Virus record (IMG/VR): IMGVR_UViG_2526164633_000052
Direction: 5' to 3' (one strand)
DNA from: a virus
Lineage: Duplodnaviria > Heunggongvirae > Uroviricota > Caudoviricetes
Length of the DNA stretch: 15,394 nt
Shown: piece by piece, positions 14,437 through 15,394 of the stretch
Layout: every line of letters starts with the position of its first letter
Position numbering within the stretch: position 1 is the first letter of the stretch
Program-made: the position numbers and the translations under genes
Notes under the pieces: model-generated
The model's database searches: none
Seen by the model: only the letters and a program-made list of their open reading frames with translations
Told to the model about the DNA's origin: nothing

Positions 14437-15089
14437 TGAGTAATAAATATTGCCAGGAGCTGGTGGAACTGCGGAACAAACCAGCCCATGAACTGAAGGA
14501 AGTGGGTGATCAGTGGCGCACGCCGGACAACATTTTCTGGGGAATTAACACCCTGTTTGGCCCGTTTGTTCTGGATCTGTTCACTGACGGTGATAACGCC
14601 AAATGTGCCGCGTATTACACGGCGGAAGACAACGCGCTGGCGCATGACTGGTCAGAACGCCTTGTGGAGCTTAAAGGTGCTGCCTTTGGTAATCCTCCAT
14701 ACAGCCGCGCCAGTCAGCATGAGGGGCAATACATCACCGGCATGCGTTACATCATGAAACATGCCAGTGCCATGCGTGATAAGGGCGGGCGCTATGTTTT
14801 CCTGATCAAAGCTGCCACCAGCGAAGTGTGGTGGCCGGAAGATGCGGACCATATTGCTTTTATTCGCGGGCGTATTGGTTTTGAACTGCCTGCCTGGTTT
14901 ATCCCGAAGGATGAGAAGCAGGTGCCGACAGGCGCTTTCTTCGCTGGTGCTATTGCTGTTTTTGACAAGACCTGGAAGGGACCGGCAATCAGCTACATCG
15001 GGCGCGATGAACTTGAGGCATGTGGTGAGGCCTTTCTGGCGCAGGTTCGCCAGCAGGCAGAAAAACTGGTCAGGGAGATGGTGGCATGA
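14436..15089 (+). CDS. Phage-type DNA N6-adenine methyltransferase (Dam-like, orphan)
   Basis: Catalytic NPPY motif (AFGNPPYS) and overall size; start set at ATG 14436 overlapping the upstream stop rather than the ORF-track Met at 14403. Confidence 0.7.
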   Translation: MSNKYCQELVELRNKPAHELKEVGDQWRTPDNIFWGINTLFGPFVLDLFTDGDNAKCAAYYTAEDNALAHDWSERLVELKGAAFGNPPYSRASQHEGQYITGMRYIMKHASAMRDKGGRYVFLIKAATSEVWWPEDADHIAFIRGRIGFELPAWFIPKDEKQVPTGAFFAGAIAVFDKTWKGPAISYIGRDELEACGEAFLAQVRQQAEKLVREMVA

Positions 15090-15394
15090 AGCTGATCCTG
15101 CCTTTCCCGCCCAGCGTGAACACGTACTGGCGACACCCCAACAAAGGGGCATTTGCTGGTAAGAGCCTGATAAGCGCGGCGGGGCGCAAATTCCAGAGCG
15201 CGGCGTGTGCAGCAATAGTTGAGCAGTTACGTCGTCTGCCAAAACCAACGTCGGCACCTGCTTCAGTGGAGATCGTGTTGTTTCCTCCGGATAACCGGAT
15301 CCGCGATCTGGACAACTATAACAAGGCGCTGTTTGACGCCCTGACCCACGCGGGTGTGTGGGAAGACGACAGTCAGGTGAAAAGATGCTGGTTG
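15086..15394 (+). CDS. rusA: RusA-family Holliday-junction resolvase, 5' part (runs off the window)
   Basis: LPFPPSVNTYWRH...RDLDNYNKALFDALTHAGVWEDDSQV matches RusA conserved blocks; ATG 15086 overlaps the upstream stop. Confidence 0.8.
   Translation, partial: MKLILPFPPSVNTYWRHPNKGAFAGKSLISAAGRKFQSAACAAIVEQLRRLPKPTSAPASVEIVLFPPDNRIRDLDNYNKALFDALTHAGVWEDDSQVKRCWL

Noticed and set aside
14652-15257. 201-aa minus-strand ORF opposite the methyltransferase and rusA
   Set aside because: Antisense to two genes with recognisable catalytic motifs; Cys/Ser/Pro-rich composition; no upstream signals.

Overview
This window reads as the immunity-proximal half of a lambdoid (lambda-like) enterobacterial prophage, with a small low-GC cargo island and an IS1 copy at its left edge. 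All homology calls are from reading the translations by eye; no database search was possible. Left to right: (1) 1-753, an IS1 element (insA/insB on the minus strand; the window starts inside its right end) inserted into an AT-rich ORF of unknown function whose 3' remnant (754-1367) stays in frame up to the IS1 junction. (2) 2037-3027, a two-gene cassette ending in a YafO-family type II toxin homolog, preceded by an unrecognised 179-aa partner. (3) 3054-9821, a leftward early operon: PrtN/excisionase-like gene, DEDDh exonuclease, DUF551 protein, HNH endonuclease, small membrane and small basic proteins, three mosaic coiled-coil (Ea22-like) proteins, a signal-peptide protein, and YfdR/YfdQ/YfdP-like genes. 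(4) 9822-11272, the immunity region: a roughly 600-nt ORF-poor leftward leader with an intrinsic-terminator hairpin, a candidate pL overlapped by a perfect palindrome, a CI-like S24 repressor with its own terminator, and an OR/pR region with a second palindrome. (5) 11273-15394, a rightward early operon: Cro-like, CII/YdaT-like, two unknown ORFs (278 and 78 aa), an O-like replication initiator with iteron-like repeats inside its linker, a PerC-like regulator, a phage Dam-like methyltransferase and the start of RusA. No integrase, tRNA or CRISPR array is visible. The most interesting candidates are the YafO-like toxin with a non-canonical partner, the IS1-disrupted AT-rich gene, the structured N-less pL leader, and the unknown ORFs inserted between the CII-like and O-like genes.
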